DNA of 12,292 bases from the UHGV virus genome UHGV-0198005. One strand, 5' to 3'. Both the position numbers and the translations under genes were made by a program. Under the pieces are notes generated by a model. It made no database searches, was not told the origin of the DNA, and was given only the letters and a program-made list of their open reading frames with translations. This DNA comes from a virus. Positions 1-7,285 of this stretch are shown piece after piece (positions within the stretch are counted from its first letter, which is position 1; each line of letters begins with the position of its first letter).

Positions 1-1242
1 ATGGCGAGAAAAACACACCCATTAACCACAGTGCAGATCAAAGCAGCCAGACCAGCGCAAAAGGAGTACACCCTGCAGGACGGCGGAGGGCTTTTTCTCC
101 TGGTCAAACCGTCTGGATCAAAACTCTGGAGATTTTCCTACTACCGACCATCGGACAAAAAAAGAATATTGCTGAGTTTTGGATCGCTTGAAGATGTTTC
201 CCTGGCTGATGCCAGAAAACGCCGTAGCGAGTACAGGACGTTAATCAGTGCCGGAACTGACCCGCAGGACCACGAGAGGCAAAAAAGAGAGACAGAGGCC
301 CGAAGACAAGGGAACACGTTCGAAAATGTGGCGGCGGCATGGTACCAGGTGAAAATCAGCCAGAATCTGGCCCCCAACACGATTAAAGACATCTGGCGTT
401 CGCTGGATAAATATGTATTCCCGTTCATCGGCAACACGCCAATAGATACCCTCACCGCCCGAAGGTTCGTTGAAGTGCTTACACCCATCAAGGAGCGCGG
501 CAACCTGGAAACACTCAAGCGGGTTTTACAGCGCGTTAATGAGGTAATGGATTACGCCGCCAACAGTGGGCTGATTGATGCCAATCCGGCTATGAATGTG
601 CGTAAGGCGTTTCCCTCACCTGTAAAAAAACATATGCCAACAATCCGCCCCGAACAGCTGCCGGAGCTTATGCAGGCTTTATCAGTATCGGCAACAGAAC
701 GGCAGACCAGATTACTGATTGAATGGCAGTTACTGACCGTAACCCGTCCCGCCGAAGCGTCATCAACGCGGTGGGATGAAATCAACCTGGACGCGAAGCA
801 ATGGACGATACCTGCCGGACGCATGAAGATGCGCAGGGATCACGTTATCCCGCTTTCCGGTCAGGCTATGGCGGTGCTGGAGGCCATGAAACCAATCAGC
901 CACCACCGCAATTACGTTTTCCCAAGTCTGAAAGACCCACAGCAGCCGATGAACAGCCAGACAGCTAACGCAGCATTGCGGCGTATGGGATTCGCTGGCG
1001 TGCTGGTGTCTCATGGATTACGCGCCATATTCAGCACAGCAGCGAACGAGGAAGGATTCGAGCCGGACGTAATAGAGGCGGCACTTGCCCACGTCGACAC
1101 CAACGAAGTTAGACGGGCATACAACCGGAGCAACTACATAGAAAAACGCATCGTGCTGATGCGCTGGTGGGGCGAATTTGTCGAGGCTGCGGCGACGGGC
1201 GTAACCCTCGCCAGTGGTAAAAGGGGTATCCGAGCCGTGTAG
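1..1242 (+). CDS. int: Site-specific tyrosine recombinase, P4-type integrase
   Basis: 413-aa ORF. N-terminus MARKTHPLT...GSKLWRFSYYRP and C-terminal VSHGLR...AHVD...RRAYNRSNY align by eye with recalled E. coli CP4-57 IntA / P4 Int, including the R..H..R..Y catalytic region. Position at island edge. Confidence 0.93.
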   Translation: MARKTHPLTTVQIKAARPAQKEYTLQDGGGLFLLVKPSGSKLWRFSYYRPSDKKRILLSFGSLEDVSLADARKRRSEYRTLISAGTDPQDHERQKRETEARRQGNTFENVAAAWYQVKISQNLAPNTIKDIWRSLDKYVFPFIGNTPIDTLTARRFVEVLTPIKERGNLETLKRVLQRVNEVMDYAANSGLIDANPAMNVRKAFPSPVKKHMPTIRPEQLPELMQALSVSATERQTRLLIEWQLLTVTRPAEASSTRWDEINLDAKQWTIPAGRMKMRRDHVIPLSGQAMAVLEAMKPISHHRNYVFPSLKDPQQPMNSQTANAALRRMGFAGVLVSHGLRAIFSTAANEEGFEPDVIEAALAHVDTNEVRRAYNRSNYIEKRIVLMRWWGEFVEAAATGVTLASGKRGIRAV

Positions 1243-1319
1243 CTGTACAGAAAACCAGTAAAAACTACGAAAACCATGTAAAACCGTCGTATAATTGCAT
1301 CAAATTTAACGACAAGGCC

Positions 1320-1571
1320 GTGAAACATGAAACCGTTAAGATGCAAAAAAATATCAGATGCAATTGCGACGGGCTGCAACTGGCCCTGATGGTTCAGCAT
1401 GAATTTTGGTCAACCTACGATCCGGAGGACAGAACGACGGCCCCATCAAAAAAACAGGTAGTAGATTTTCTGGTATCCCGTGGCGCTTCCAGAAATCTGG
1501 CGGTAAGTATTGATAAGGTCGTACGTCCGGCATCTATGAAGATCGGAGGCAGGCCCAAAAAATGGCGGTAA
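1320..1571 (+). CDS. Hypothetical small protein (83 aa), possibly a DNA-binding or excision-accessory protein, or a gene remnant
   Basis: ORF with AAGG 9 nt upstream of the ATG and a strong intrinsic terminator directly after the stop codon. No recognisable homology. Confidence 0.35.
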   Translation: MKHETVKMQKNIRCNCDGLQLALMVQHEFWSTYDPEDRTTAPSKKQVVDFLVSRGASRNLAVSIDKVVRPASMKIGGRPKKWR

Positions 1572-1581
1572 CAATCCTGGA

Positions 1582-1606
1582 AGCGGCAGAAATGCCGCTT
1601 TTTTTA
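1582..1606 (+). terminator. Rho-independent terminator (AGCGGCA-GAAA-TGCCGCT + T7)
   Basis: Perfect 7-bp stem, 4-nt loop and TTTTTTT run immediately after the 1320-1571 ORF stop. Confidence 0.6.
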
Positions 1607-1630
1607 TAATTCCATTTCAAATCATCAATA

Positions 1631-1725
1631 TAAAAACGGTGTATACCGTTTAAAAACGGTGGGAACTGTTTTTACCCATATCCGATGATTTACCGTATTT
1701 GTCACCGGAATACACCGGATTCACA
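1631..1725 (+). promoter_or_regulatory. Operator/promoter region upstream of alpA: palindrome AAACGGT-GTAT-ACCGTTT, direct repeat TAAAAACGGTG x2, direct repeat CACCGGA x2
   Basis: Repeats read directly in the sequence (1631-1661 and 1703-1719), in the intergenic region ahead of the alpA start. Confidence 0.35.
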
Positions 1726-1737
1726 AGGTAAATCACG

Positions 1738-1944
1738 ATGGAAGCAATCAGAAAAATTATCTTTCGCCAGGAAGTAAAAAAAATTATCCACATCAAGGCA
1801 GACAGCACGCTGCAAAGCATGATCAACGCCGGAGAATTTCCGCAGGGTTTTCGCGTTGGTTTACGCCGTCGCGGATGGTATGAGGATGATGTGTTGGCCT
1901 GGCAGAAAGAACGCGAACAGGAAGCACGCGGAACGGCTGCTTAA
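1738..1944 (+). CDS. alpA: AlpA-family (phage CP4-57-type) transcriptional regulator / excision activator
   Basis: 68-aa ORF. STLQSMINAGEFPQGFRVGLRRRGWYEDDVLAWQ matches the AlpA-family HTH pattern (..ST.Y.LI.AGEFP....G.R..GW.E.E...W). AAGG Shine-Dalgarno-like motif upstream. Confidence 0.8.
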   Translation: MEAIRKIIFRQEVKKIIHIKADSTLQSMINAGEFPQGFRVGLRRRGWYEDDVLAWQKEREQEARGTAA

Positions 1945-1970
1945 CGGGTATCACAGATATGACAAACACG

Positions 1971-2003
1971 AAAAAAGCGGCCCCGATATGGAGCCGCCTT
2001 TCT
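1971..2003. terminator. Bidirectional intrinsic terminator (GCGGC-N11-GCCGC), strongest for minus-strand transcripts (A6 on the plus strand = T6 on minus)
   Basis: Hairpin 1977-1997 flanked by AAAAAA upstream and CTTTCT downstream, located between convergent alpA (+) and the minus-strand operon ending at 2093. Confidence 0.5.
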
Positions 2004-2092
2004 GAACAATTAACCCGCTGCGCCTTATGTGTATATGATCCCAAACATAAGCACGGGGATGATAGCCGCTATCAGGCTGGTGGGCAATGCAA

Positions 2093-2281
2093 TCAGTCTG
2101 GTTCAGTTCGTTGCCATACCTGCAATGAGCGCTTTTCCCTGTATTCTTTAAGGAATTGCTCAAGGGCAAAAGCACATGGCGCGAATCTTTCTGATTCATG
2201 CTCTATCTTTCTGCGCCGTCTTTTCCGTGCCGGTGATAATGTTTTGGTCAATTCTTTATCGGTCATTGTGTTGTCCTGCAT
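2093..2281 (-). CDS. Hypothetical small basic protein (62 aa), second gene of the minus-strand regulator operon
   Basis: ORF lies 42 bp downstream of the RHH-like gene on the same strand and is followed by the terminator at ~1971-1997. Arginine-rich stretch SPARKRRRRK. No clear ribosome-binding site. Confidence 0.35.
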   Translation of the reverse strand: MQDNTMTDKELTKTLSPARKRRRRKIEHESERFAPCAFALEQFLKEYREKRSLQVWQRTEPD

Positions 2282-2323
2282 AGCAATGCGCCGTAATACC
2301 TTACACCACGGCGCTGATGGTGA

Positions 2324-2629
2324 TTACTCTGGTTCTTTGGTCTTGCGGCGCTGGAGTTCTTCACGTGCGACAGTGACGAGCTGCCCGATCTCCTCGGCGG
2401 CTTTGATTCCGAGTTTTTCCACCTGCGCCAGTGCATCGTGCGAAGAAATCAGGGGGTTTTCTCCGCTTCCTTCTGCCTGGCGGCGGGCGATTTCACCGCG
2501 CATGGCGGTTACTATGAATCCGGCGTTGCTTTCACCGTCCAGTTTTACGGATTCCATGCCTTCAATAACATCATGCGGGATCCGAGCTGTCAGTGATTGT
2601 GATTTTGCGTTTTTTGAACCTGTAGCCAT
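2324..2629 (-). CDS. Ribbon-helix-helix-like DNA-binding protein, candidate island repressor/regulator
   Basis: ATG at 2629 preceded by GAGAGGA; the ORF track's upstream TTG at 2644 is less likely. N-terminal SQSLTARIPHDVIEGMESVKLDG fits the RHH beta-strand/helix pattern (inference from motif, not searched). Divergent from the rightward operon across an operator-rich region. Confidence 0.6.
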   Translation of the reverse strand: MATGSKNAKSQSLTARIPHDVIEGMESVKLDGESNAGFIVTAMRGEIARRQAEGSGENPLISSHDALAQVEKLGIKAAEEIGQLVTVAREELQRRKTKEPE

Positions 2630-2644
2630 CTGTAATCCTCTCAA

Positions 2645-2825
2645 TGAAAGTGTAAGACAATATACACATAAAAAGTCTTACATAAAAGCATTGACATGTA
2701 AGCCACCTATAAATAAAGTTACTTACACCTTGTTAATGCAAGGTGCAGAAACGACGAAACCCCGCACTGTAGGAGCAGTAACGGGGCTTCTAACCACCAA
2801 CGATAGCAAGATTATCGAGGCAGCT
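2645..2825. promoter_or_regulatory. Divergent control region: two similar operators built from TGTAAG half-sites (O1 2651-2682, O2 2697-2728), sigma70-like promoter (TTGACA 2691-2696, 17 bp, TAAAGT 2714-2719) reading rightward, plus IR CACCTTG-N6-CAAGGTG
   Basis: Half-sites and promoter hexamers read directly in the sequence; the arrangement is classic for a repressor-controlled lytic-type operon. Confidence 0.5.
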
Positions 2826-3026
2826 ATGAGAAATTATACCATACACCCGCAAGGGCGGGACTCGTACAACCTGAATAAATACATCTGGCGTTTTATCGCC
2901 CTGAGCACGGCACAACCGCGCGTGATTACCATCGAGGCCACCAGCGAACAGGAAGCGCGTCAGCAATCTCCGGCTGGCTGCGTGATGGTATTTGCTGCCC
3001 GTATTCGTCAGGGGGTAGGCTTATGA
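2826..3026 (+). CDS. Hypothetical protein (66 aa), first gene of the rightward operon
   Basis: GAGG 5 nt upstream of the ATG at 2826; stop overlaps the next start (ATGA). It is the only protein-like part of the otherwise spurious 355-aa ORF 1959-3026. Confidence 0.45.
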   Translation: MRNYTIHPQGRDSYNLNKYIWRFIALSTAQPRVITIEATSEQEARQQSPAGCVMVFAARIRQGVGL

Positions 3027-3253
3027 GCCAGGAAATCACACTACAACAGGCAGCAGAACGCGCCCACCAAATCGAAGTTATTTGCGCACTGGCAGAGGAT
3101 TACCCTGGCATGATGACCGACAGCGAATCAGGGGCAATCATCGGCTTACTTAAACGCCTTAGCGGTGAGGTCTGCGTATTCCTGAGCGATGAACAGGAAA
3201 GAAGAACGCTTATTTCTAACGAAAAAAAATGCGGAGGGGTACATGTGCAATAA
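3023..3253 (+). CDS. Hypothetical protein (76 aa)
   Basis: ORF translationally coupled to the preceding ORF (ATGA overlap); helical, acidic composition. Confidence 0.55.
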   Translation: MSQEITLQQAAERAHQIEVICALAEDYPGMMTDSESGAIIGLLKRLSGEVCVFLSDEQERRTLISNEKKCGGVHVQ

Positions 3254-3464
3254 AACCACACCGGACGCAGCAGCCGCCGCGCTCACTACGCTGATGCACG
3301 CGCTTATCGATATTGAATGCACTGCAGAGCTTGCGCAGGGAGAAGAACAGAAAGACCGGACACAGTTCGCCCTGGAATGTATCCGATACATCGCAACACG
3401 GTCGCTGAATGACGCTAAAAATATTCTTGTTGCTGATTGTGAAAATGGGGGGGGTTATGCGTGA
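3243..3464 (+). CDS. Hypothetical protein (73 aa; start chosen at the ATG with a GGAGGGG ribosome-binding site)
   Basis: GGAGGGG 5 nt upstream of ATG 3243. The ORF track's longer version (3189) starts inside the previous gene. Confidence 0.5.
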   Translation: MCNKTTPDAAAAALTTLMHALIDIECTAELAQGEEQKDRTQFALECIRYIATRSLNDAKNILVADCENGGGYA

Positions 3465-3678
3465 TGATCGTTTTAATTCCCTGAAACAGGAATTTTCCGG
3501 CGTTCCTGATGATGCGGCTGATGCGCTTTCGTCAATGCCAGAACTTATTAGAGCGGCTTTTTTCTTACTTTCCACGAGAGAATATAAATCAACGGGGCTT
3601 GATGTACTGAATATCGCCGCCGATTATGCTGATTTCGTGACAGAGGTTATTTTAAGAAAAACGACGGACGGGGATTAA
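3457..3678 (+). CDS. Hypothetical protein (73 aa)
   Basis: ATG 3457 overlaps the previous stop (ATGCGTGA) and is preceded by a G-rich Shine-Dalgarno-like run. The ORF track's upstream start (3409) lies inside the previous gene. Confidence 0.5.
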   Translation: MRDDRFNSLKQEFSGVPDDAADALSSMPELIRAAFFLLSTREYKSTGLDVLNIAADYADFVTEVILRKTTDGD

Positions 3679-3679
3679 T

Positions 3680-3913
3680 ATGCGTGATATTTACCACGAA
3701 ACAATAGACCGCGCATTTCTTGCACTTTCTCACAGTGAAAACATGCTGGAAATATTGCGCATATGGCTTGAAACACTTGGCGACAATGAACGCGACAAAC
3801 AAAAATCAAGAATTGCCACGGCATTAATAACGCTTCTTGAGCCTGTAATAATGGAACTGCAAGAAATAGATCTATTGCACGATAGATATAAAGAACAGCA
3901 CACCGGAGAATAA
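3680..3913 (+). CDS. Hypothetical protein (77 aa)
   Basis: ORF with GGGGA upstream, tightly packed in the operon; helical composition. Confidence 0.55.
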   Translation: MRDIYHETIDRAFLALSHSENMLEILRIWLETLGDNERDKQKSRIATALITLLEPVIMELQEIDLLHDRYKEQHTGE

Positions 3914-3918
3914 AAATA

Positions 3919-4218
3919 ATGAAACTTAAATATTCTGGCTTAACTGCCAGTGGCAACACTCACCCTAAATTTACGCGCGGCGATATTTACCGCGACCAGT
4001 ACGGCGGCACGGTAATGATTAAGGGCGTGGCGGGACGGTGCGTAACTTACCGCCGTGAAGGTTACGAATATGATTGCGTGATGCCTGTTTATCAGTTCCG
4101 GCGTGATTTTTCTCTGGTACAGACCGCGCCGCATAACGTGCCCACCAGCAACGCCAGGGCACGGGCAAACATCCAGAAGCTGAAAACCATGATTAACGGA
4201 TTCAGGGGTAAAAAATGA
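3919..4218 (+). CDS. Hypothetical protein (99 aa)
   Basis: ORF with GGAG upstream; stop overlaps the primase start (ATGA). Confidence 0.6.
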   Translation: MKLKYSGLTASGNTHPKFTRGDIYRDQYGGTVMIKGVAGRCVTYRREGYEYDCVMPVYQFRRDFSLVQTAPHNVPTSNARARANIQKLKTMINGFRGKK

Positions 4219-5969
4219 AACTGGCACCGAACGTAAAACAGCAGTCACGCGGCATAAAACACAAAGGAACAGAAGTCATTATTTTTGCGGGTAGTGATGC
4301 CTGGGCACACGCGAAACAATGGCAGGAACATGATGCGCGTATGGCCGGAGATAATGAGCCTCCTGTGTGGCTTGGGGAGCAGCAGTTATCAGAACTGGAT
4401 AAGCTGCAAATTGTGCCGGAAGGCAGAAAATCCGTGCGCATATTCAGGGCCGGATATCTTGCGCCAGTAATGATAAAGGCGATTGGTCAGAAGCTGGCGG
4501 CGGCAGGCGTACAGGATGCAAATTTTTACCCTGATGGTATGCACGGTCAGAAGGTGGAGAACTGGCGCGAATATCTGGCCCGTGAGCGCCAGAATCTTTC
4601 TGATGGTCTGGTCATTGAGCTTCCGGTAAAGCAAAAGGCGCAACTTTCGCAGATGGCGGACAGTGAGCGCGCGCAGCTGCTTGCCGATCGCTTTGATGGC
4701 GTTTGCGTACATCCTGAAAGTGAAATCGTTCACGTATGGCGCGGCGGGGTATGGTGTCCGGTCAGCACAATGGAACTTAGCCGCGAAATGGTGGCGATCT
4801 ATTCAGAGCACAGGGCCACTTTCAGCAAGCGCGTAATCAATAACGCCGTGGAAGCGTTAAAAGTTATTGCCGAACCAATGGGCGAGCCGTCCGGCGATTT
4901 GCTGCCGTTCGCCAATGGTGCGCTTGACCTGAAAACGGGGGAATTTTCCCCGCACACGCCGGAGAACTGGATCACCACGCACAACGGCATTGAGTACACG
5001 CCACCAGCACCAGGGGAGAACATCCGCGATAACGCGCCAAACTTTCATAAATGGCTTGAGCACGCAGCCGGAAAAGACCCGCGCAAGATGATGCGTATAT
5101 GTGCCGCGCTGTACATGATTATGGCGAACCGGTACGACTGGCAGATGTTTATTGAGGCCACCGGAGACGGCGGGAGCGGTAAAAGTACATTCACACACAT
5201 AGCCAGCCTTCTGGCAGGGAAACAAAACACGGTAAGCGCTGAAATGACATCGCTTGATGATGCTGGTGGGCGTGCGCAGGTTGTCGGGAGTCGTCTTATC
5301 GTCCTGGCAGACCAGCCGAAATATACAGGCGAAGGAACGGGCATCAAGAAAATCACGGGCGGCGACCCCGTGGAAATTAACCCGAAATATGAAAAGCGTT
5401 TTACGGCGGTAATCAGGGCGGTGGTGCTGGCAACCAATAACAATCCGATGATATTCACCGAACGGGCCGGAGGTGTGGCACGTCGTCGGGTGATATTCCG
5501 GTTCGATAACATCGTAAGCGAGGCAGAAAAAGACAGGGAGCTACCGGAAAAGATCGCGGCTGAAATCCCTGTCATTATCCGCCGCTTGCTGGCGAACTTT
5601 GCCGACCCTGAAAAGGCACGGGCTTTACTCATTGAACAGCGTGACGGTGATGAAGCACTGGCAATAAAGCAACAGACGGATCCGGTTATTGAGTTTTGCC
5701 AGTTCCTGAATTTTCTGGAGGAAGCACGCGGCCTGATGATGGGCGGCGGTGGCGATTCAGTGAAGTACACGACCAGAAACAGCCTTTACCGCGTCTATCT
5801 GGCGTTTATGGCGTACGCAGGCAGGAGCAAACCGCTAAACGTAAATGACTTTGGCAAGGCTATGAAGCCAGCCGCGAAAGTTTACGGACATGAATATATT
5901 ACGCGGAAAGTTAAAGGAGTAACGCAGACTAACGCAATAACAACAGACGATTGCGACGCGTTTTTATAA
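4215..5969 (+). CDS. Replication initiator: primase/helicase with phage-plasmid primase P4-family (D5_N-like) region and P-loop NTPase domain
   Basis: 584-aa ORF. Walker A GDGGSGKST (EATGDGGSGKSTFTHIASLLAG) and a putative Walker B LIVLAD; upstream NGALDLKTGEFSPHTPENWIT resembles the D5_N/primase-C motif. Immediately followed by an iteron array. Confidence 0.85.
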   Translation: MKLAPNVKQQSRGIKHKGTEVIIFAGSDAWAHAKQWQEHDARMAGDNEPPVWLGEQQLSELDKLQIVPEGRKSVRIFRAGYLAPVMIKAIGQKLAAAGVQDANFYPDGMHGQKVENWREYLARERQNLSDGLVIELPVKQKAQLSQMADSERAQLLADRFDGVCVHPESEIVHVWRGGVWCPVSTMELSREMVAIYSEHRATFSKRVINNAVEALKVIAEPMGEPSGDLLPFANGALDLKTGEFSPHTPENWITTHNGIEYTPPAPGENIRDNAPNFHKWLEHAAGKDPRKMMRICAALYMIMANRYDWQMFIEATGDGGSGKSTFTHIASLLAGKQNTVSAEMTSLDDAGGRAQVVGSRLIVLADQPKYTGEGTGIKKITGGDPVEINPKYEKRFTAVIRAVVLATNNNPMIFTERAGGVARRRVIFRFDNIVSEAEKDRELPEKIAAEIPVIIRRLLANFADPEKARALLIEQRDGDEALAIKQQTDPVIEFCQFLNFLEEARGLMMGGGGDSVKYTTRNSLYRVYLAFMAYAGRSKPLNVNDFGKAMKPAAKVYGHEYITRKVKGVTQTNAITTDDCDAFL

Positions 5970-5982
5970 TTTGTTGCAATGG

Positions 5983-6208
5983 CTGTCTACCCTGTCTACC
6001 TGAGTAAAGAAAAATACATTTAATTCAGTGCATTAAGTTAGGTAGATAGCCTTTTTTTACTGTCTACCCACTATCTACCCTCTCTACCTGATTTTACCTG
6101 AATCAGACAGGGAGGTAGACACGGGGTAGATAGTGGATAAAAGCACTCTACCCCGCTGAAAGCCGCGCCATTACTGGCATGAGGGCCACTAAGGTAGATA
6201 GGTAGACA
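5983..6208. repeat. Iteron-type replication origin: at least 11 copies of an 8-9 bp motif (C)TGTCTACC / GGTAGACA(G) and variants in both orientations around an AT-rich core
   Basis: Copies read directly at 5983-5991, 5992-6000, 6041-6049, 6060-6068, 6071-6079, 6081-6088, 6114-6121, 6125-6133, 6146-6155, 6193-6200, 6201-6208; AT-rich stretch 6001-6040. Placement directly 3' of the primase gene matches P4/PICI ori organisation. Confidence 0.7.
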
Positions 6209-6256
6209 AGGGGAGGCACAACTCAAAACTTTTTAAACGAGGGGGTAAAAATAAAT

Positions 6257-6535
6257 ATGCACACTTCAGGGAAATTTAATAAATCACTCAAAAAACGCAG
6301 AGACAGAACAGAACCGAAATATCGCGCGTTAGACATGACAGAGCACGCTTTAAAGGTGGCAATCAGAACGATAGACCGACACGTAGGGGAAGGATACGCG
6401 AAGGAACATCCCGACCTGATAAGCGCATTCATGACCACAGCAGCGGCAAACTTTGCCACGCTGACAGAACGGGAGATTGCCGAAGCGGAACAGGTAACAA
6501 CCATCAACGTTAAAACCGGAGAGGTGGAATCATGA
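6257..6535 (+). CDS. Hypothetical protein (92 aa), co-transcribed with ssb
   Basis: GAGGGGG ribosome-binding site ~11 nt upstream; stop overlaps the ssb start (ATGA). Confidence 0.6.
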   Translation: MHTSGKFNKSLKKRRDRTEPKYRALDMTEHALKVAIRTIDRHVGEGYAKEHPDLISAFMTTAAANFATLTEREIAEAEQVTTINVKTGEVES

Positions 6536-6954
6536 CAGCACAGATAGCCGCTTACGGGCGGCTGGTGGACGACCCGCAGGTAAAACAGACCAGCAAGGGC
6601 ACACCGATGACGCTGGCGCGTATGGCGGTCCCCCTTCCGTGCAGCCAGGCAGATGACGGAACGGCGACGATGTGGTTATCCGTCCTGGCATTTGGCAGAC
6701 AGGCCGAAGCACTGGAAAGGCACCGCAAGGGTGAACTCCTGAGCGTGGCGGGTAACATGCAGATCAGCCAGTGGACTGGGCAGAACGGAGAAACGCGGCA
6801 GGGCTGGCAGGTTATCGCAGACAGTGTAATCAGTGCGCGAACGGCGCGACTGGGCGGCAAAAAAGGTCAACAGGGCCAGGCTACTGACGCGCTGAACAGG
6901 GCAAAACAACAGGCGGGGAATGATGATCCGTACGGGGATAACATACCGTTTTAA
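6532..6954 (+). CDS. ssb: Single-stranded DNA-binding protein (SSB) homolog
   Basis: 140-aa ORF with an OB-fold-like N-terminal region, a Gly/Gln-rich linker and an acidic C-terminal tip DDPYGDNIPF, matching the conserved SSB tail (D-D-D-I-P-F in E. coli SSB, recalled). Confidence 0.8.
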   Translation: MTAQIAAYGRLVDDPQVKQTSKGTPMTLARMAVPLPCSQADDGTATMWLSVLAFGRQAEALERHRKGELLSVAGNMQISQWTGQNGETRQGWQVIADSVISARTARLGGKKGQQGQATDALNRAKQQAGNDDPYGDNIPF

Positions 6955-6968
6955 GCGACGAGTGACAG

Positions 6969-6992
6969 AAGCCGGAGCAATCCGGCTTTTTT
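6969..6992 (+). terminator. Rho-independent terminator (AAGCCGGA-GCAA-TCCGGCTT + T6)
   Basis: 8-bp stem, tetraloop and T-run 15 bp after the ssb stop. Confidence 0.65.
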
Positions 6993-7166
6993 ACGGGTCC
7001 TCCTGGCGGGGTGGGCCTGAACACGGGGCGGGAGGCGCGGAAAAAAGCGCATTTTTGTGATTTTATCGTCATCATCATCATGAGCGTAATTTATTGTTTT
7101 TAATTGTTTTGATGCAAAAAAGATGATGGTTGTGGTTAATTTTCGTTCGACATCTTTGCAGGCAGA

Positions 7167-7208
7167 TAAAAAAGCCCGATAAGGTCAGAGGTGGCTTATC
7201 GGGCTTTT
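7167..7208. terminator. Terminator-like hairpin (AGCCCGATAAG-N11-CTTATCGGGCT) flanked by an A-run and a T-run
   Basis: Perfect 11-bp stem; A6 upstream and T4 downstream make it potentially bidirectional. No adjacent CDS explains it. Confidence 0.45.
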
Positions 7209-7285
7209 GCATATGAGGCTTTTTGGTGCACTGACACACATGATCGGGATAATCATTTCATAATTTGCAACGCAACTCAACATCA

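Noticed and set aside
141-1014. Three minus-strand ORFs (125, 90, 83 aa) inside the integrase gene
   Set aside because: Fully embedded antisense to a well-supported integrase CDS; no ribosome-binding sites; atypical composition.
1959-3026. 355-aa plus-strand ORF spanning the alpA terminator, both minus-strand genes and the divergent promoter region
   Set aside because: Ser/Cys-rich low-complexity translation typical of antisense reading; it runs through terminator and operator/promoter DNA. Only its last 66 codons (2826-3026), which have their own ribosome-binding site, look real. The minus-strand RHH-like ORF has a proper ribosome-binding site and protein-like composition.
3146-3575. Minus-strand ORFs (81 and 119 aa) overlapping the small-gene operon
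   Set aside because: Antisense to tightly packed, translationally coupled plus-strand ORFs; no start context.
5045-5770. 241-aa minus-strand ORF inside the primase-helicase gene
   Set aside because: Antisense to the conserved P-loop region of a strongly supported CDS; Ser/Ala/Arg-rich low-complexity sequence.
6552-6909. Minus-strand ORFs (102, 77 aa) and a 60-aa ORF overlapping ssb
   Set aside because: Antisense to the SSB homolog with its conserved C-terminal tail; Pro/Cys/Ser-rich composition.
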